Source: Octopus vulgaris
Taxonomy: Eukaryota
Length of the DNA: 64,000 bases
Direction: 5' to 3'
Assembly: GCA_951406725.2 (NCBI GenBank)
Contig: OX597831.1
Location: 11,222,001-11,286,000 of the forward strand
The translations under genes were made by a program, and so were the position numbers. The notes under the pieces were generated by a model. That model searched no databases and was not told where the DNA came from. It saw only the letters and a list, made by a program, of their open reading frames with translations. Of the stretch, positions 60,061 to 64,000 are shown piece after piece (positions within the stretch are counted from its first letter, which is position 1; every line of letters begins with the position of its first letter).

Positions 60061-61250
60061 TTTAATTCTGTAATGAAAAGAGTTCTAAATATCTAAGTGT
60101 AAATAAAGTGCATTTAACAGTTTTTAGCGTCGATGTGTCATCAGCTTCATGGGCGCCCCCTGGCAACTCACTTGACAAGCATAAAACGTTTCTTCCGGAA
60201 ATAACCTGGTGGAATCCAAAGGTGGGCTCCAGTTGTTTTTGGTTCCAATGTGCTTTACCTGACACCTTGTGGAAAGTTGACAGGATTGTTTGCAACGCCA
60301 GGCAAAATGCTTCACGAATTTCGTCCGTTTTTACGTTTCGAGTTCAAATTCCGTCGATATCAACTTCGCTTTTCATTCTTTCAAGGTCGATGAAATAAGT
60401 ACCAGTTGAGCTCAGGTGTCTATGTGATCGACTTACGCCTCCTCCTAAATTGCTGGCGTTGTACCAAATTTTGAATTCATTATTTGATTGATACTTTATT
60501 TAGCGACCAAGAAATGATGAAAATCAAAGTTGATATATGTGACATTTGAACATAGGATGCGGAGATCAGAAACAAATATCGATCTTATAATTTTTTTTAC
60601 GTTTGTTTATAAACAAATGCATGTACTTGTATAGAGTAATAAGTACAATACTTACGACCAGCCGTCACTCGCGAGCGAGCACGGTTAATTGTTTCAGCTG
60701 ATTTTGTATTCGAGATGTGACATTAACATCGTCTCATACACATCGTCGTAGACCCAGTGATATATTTAATCGACTTTAGAGGGATTTGAACTTGAAAAGT
60801 CAGAACAAAAACCCACTTTACCAATGAACTTTCGTGGGTGTGAAAGACGTAGGCATGGCTGTGCGGTAAGAGATTAGCTTCCCAACCACATGGTTCTGGC
60901 TTTAAACCCGATGCGGGCACCATAAGTAAGTGTCTTCTATTTTAGCCCCAGGCTGACCTAAGCCGTGTGAGCGGATTTGATGAAGGAAGACCGAAAGACA
61001 CTCCTCTATATAAACACAGACAAGCACAGGGATACATATATGTGTATGTGTGTGCATGTGTGTATGTATGTGGGTGTATGTGTATGCATATATAAATGGT
61101 TATATATATATGTATGCGTATATCTATAGATATATGTATGCATAGCAATGTTATAAATCGTAATTCGCATCCAGAAATATATTTTACCTATAAAATGTAT
61201 AAATGGCAATAAAACAAGAATATTTATGTAACGTAAAAAGAATGTCAAGA

Positions 61251-61460
61251 TCATTTATAATAAAATATATTATTATAATCGTTTTCTGAATCACTTTCAC
61301 TCGCACTAGACTCACGCACACCATCACTTGTAGACGCGATCGTCGATTCACAAGCACTCGTAGACGGACTTGCAGATTTCTTTTTTAAAAACAAGTCTAG
61401 AGTTGTTTGCTTAGAAGTTTCATTTCGCTCTCTATAAATTTCTTGGTAACACGCAGAAGT
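61251..61460 (-). mobile_element. pogo/Tigger-like transposase C-terminal remnant
   Basis: ACYQEIYRERNETSKQTTLDLFLKK followed by a Ser/acidic tail resembles Tigger-type C-termini. Confidence 0.5.
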
Positions 61461-62043
61461 GAATTTCCGACGTCTTCTGACAAACGCCAACCAAGATGGC
61501 GAGAATCAACCTGCTAGAAATAGCAAGTCAAATATTTTGGAATCAGATCCCGATGCTGGATGTTCAAGAACGAAATGAAGGGCAGATTGTCAACCCCAGG
61601 ATCTGCCTGATTCCCAAACGGTATAATATGTCTATGCAGAGCAAATAAAGACTGAGATACAGGGGTCCCGGACGAACAGACAGAATTTCGCTTTTATTAA
61701 TACAGATATATCAAACCAGTAAGAAGGCTTGACCTGCTAGAAATAGAAGCTACATGTCTCTCATATAGATAATTACCATTCCAAAAGGGAGGGACTAATC
61801 AGAAAATGTCGTCTTGCATGCTGAAAGTGGTGCAAAAAGAAATGATTCATAGCTGCAATGCCTGCAGTCTATAGCCACAGGCCTGCTTGATCAGGCTATC
61901 CGGATGACTTTGAGCTATACAGTCACACTTTTATGTATACTTCTACATAGACATTATACATACATGTGTGAGTTTGTGTGTGCGTGTGCACGTTATATTT
62001 ACATATAAACGTATATATTTATTTGTAAATATGTATGATGGGT

Positions 62044-62085
<42 letters not shown>

Positions 62086-62273
62086 CGGTTATATGAATCA
62101 TACATAGGCTGGGGCTTTTGAGTTATGTAATAAGCGGAAGAGGAAGCAAACCTTTACAACTCGAAAGTATTATCCCCCTCTCTCTCTCTCTCACTCTCTC
62201 TCTTCCTTCTCTTCTCACTCATTTTCTCTCAAAGACATACGCACACATAGATATATATACATATATAGAGACA

Positions 62274-62327
<54 letters not shown>

Positions 62328-62413
62328 TACATATATATATATATATATTATATATGTTCACTTAACATCTACGTGCACGTAAATATTTGTGTATGTGTTT
62401 ACGTATGTATGTA

Positions 62414-62446
<33 letters not shown>

Positions 62447-62518
62447 GCATACATATATTTAAATATATATATATATATATATATATTTACACACATACAT
62501 ATGTATATATATAATTAC

Positions 62519-62551
<33 letters not shown>

Positions 62552-62971
62552 TACATATATATGTGTATTTGTATGTATATATATTATACATATATACATA
62601 TGATATAATATAACATAATACATATATACACCTATGAGGTAAACGTAATTGTAGGTATAGGGGTTTATTATTTATAACGATCATCTAAATATTTGTTTGG
62701 TGTAACGATTATGTTTACCATTAATGTACAGCTGTATCTGACTCTAGAGGCAAACGGATGCACGGATATTCACTACTAATTTATTAAACCTACTTAACCC
62801 CTTGTTTAACACTGAATCTATGTATATAGGAGTGTATATGTGTGAGTGTGTGTGTCAGTGTGTCCGTGTGCGTGCGTGCGTACGTGATAGGGAGAGAGAG
62901 TATTTGAGCGTGTTTGCCTTTAAATTCATGTTTGTGTGTATGAATGTATATGTGTGTGCATCTGTGGGGGA

Positions 62972-63034
<63 letters not shown>

Positions 63035-63098
63035 GTGTGTGTGTGTATGTATACTCATATGTATATATGTGTGTATATATGATATATATGAATGCATA

Positions 63099-63139
<41 letters not shown>

Positions 63140-63365
63140 TATACACATATGTATACATGTATGCATATATATTATATATATTATATATATATATATATGT
63201 GTATGTATGTATGTATGTATGAGTGAAATATGCATATCGACATATATCCATCCTTGTACGCATAGATATTAGTATATTTGCACGTATGCACATATGCAGG
63301 GAATGGGTTTTAAATATTCACATCTGCTTCTCTCTCTCACACATACGCACGCACAGACACACGCA

Positions 63366-63409
<44 letters not shown>

Positions 63410-64000
63410 CGCACACACACACACACACACACTCATATACATACAAACATGCATATATATATATACGCAACAAAATATAAATTCCGAAATAAAACCGCCA
63501 AATTTCTTCATCACTCATTGCGTCTCCTGTTATTGGCATCAACCGGTGCATGCATGTAGGAAAGTGCAGCAGGTTTTGTTTACACTAAGCTGTCCAAACG
63601 ACCAAAGCAGTGAAGCTGTTGTTGTAAACCTGGTGTTTTTGCATGTTTTCCACCATTTTCTAAAATGTCGGATGTACATATGAAACGTGATGCACCGTGC
63701 CAAACACGACAACACCAAACTAGTTGCTATTCCAGCTAGCAACAGCAGCTAAACCTACCTCAAATGACACTCTGCCTGTTGTATTATTATTCTTAGCATG
63801 AAGGCTGCGAGTTAGTGGAATCGTTAGCATGTCTGACAAAATGCTTATCAGCGTTTTATCCTTGTTTACTTTCTGAATTGAAATTCTGCCGATGTCGATT
63901 CGCCCCTCCCCTCAAAAACTGGTAGTCTTGTGTCAAGTTTTGAAATTATTATCAATGAATTTCAAAAGATGCTTTATTGTCAGAATCGGTAGAGCATCGG

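Overview
AT-rich, microsatellite-saturated, non-genic eukaryotic DNA; the SINE and repeat content suggests a cephalopod, probably Octopus (inference from remembered repeat content). I found no convincing host exon, and nearly all ORFs in the track are translations of simple repeats. The only long real ORF is a Tx1/L1-clade LINE ORF2 (35425-38025, minus strand, 5'-truncated just after the endonuclease). It is one of five same-orientation, differently truncated copies from at least two subfamilies stacked inside one (TAGA)n/(ATCT)n microsatellite (34084-39598); a sixth copy abuts another TAGA tract at 14.7 kb. This points to a GATA-microsatellite-targeting LINE that regenerates its own target. 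An abundant tRNA SINE carries a 3' tail nearly matching this LINE's 3' end. Also present: a tRNA-headed element with a Penelope-type minimal hammerhead ribozyme and inverted terminal copy (14.0 kb, 47.6 kb), several Penelope-like termini with variant hammerhead cores, decayed R4/Dong, RTE, mariner and pogo fragments, several MITEs, four tRNA-SINE families, and a ~460 bp local duplication.
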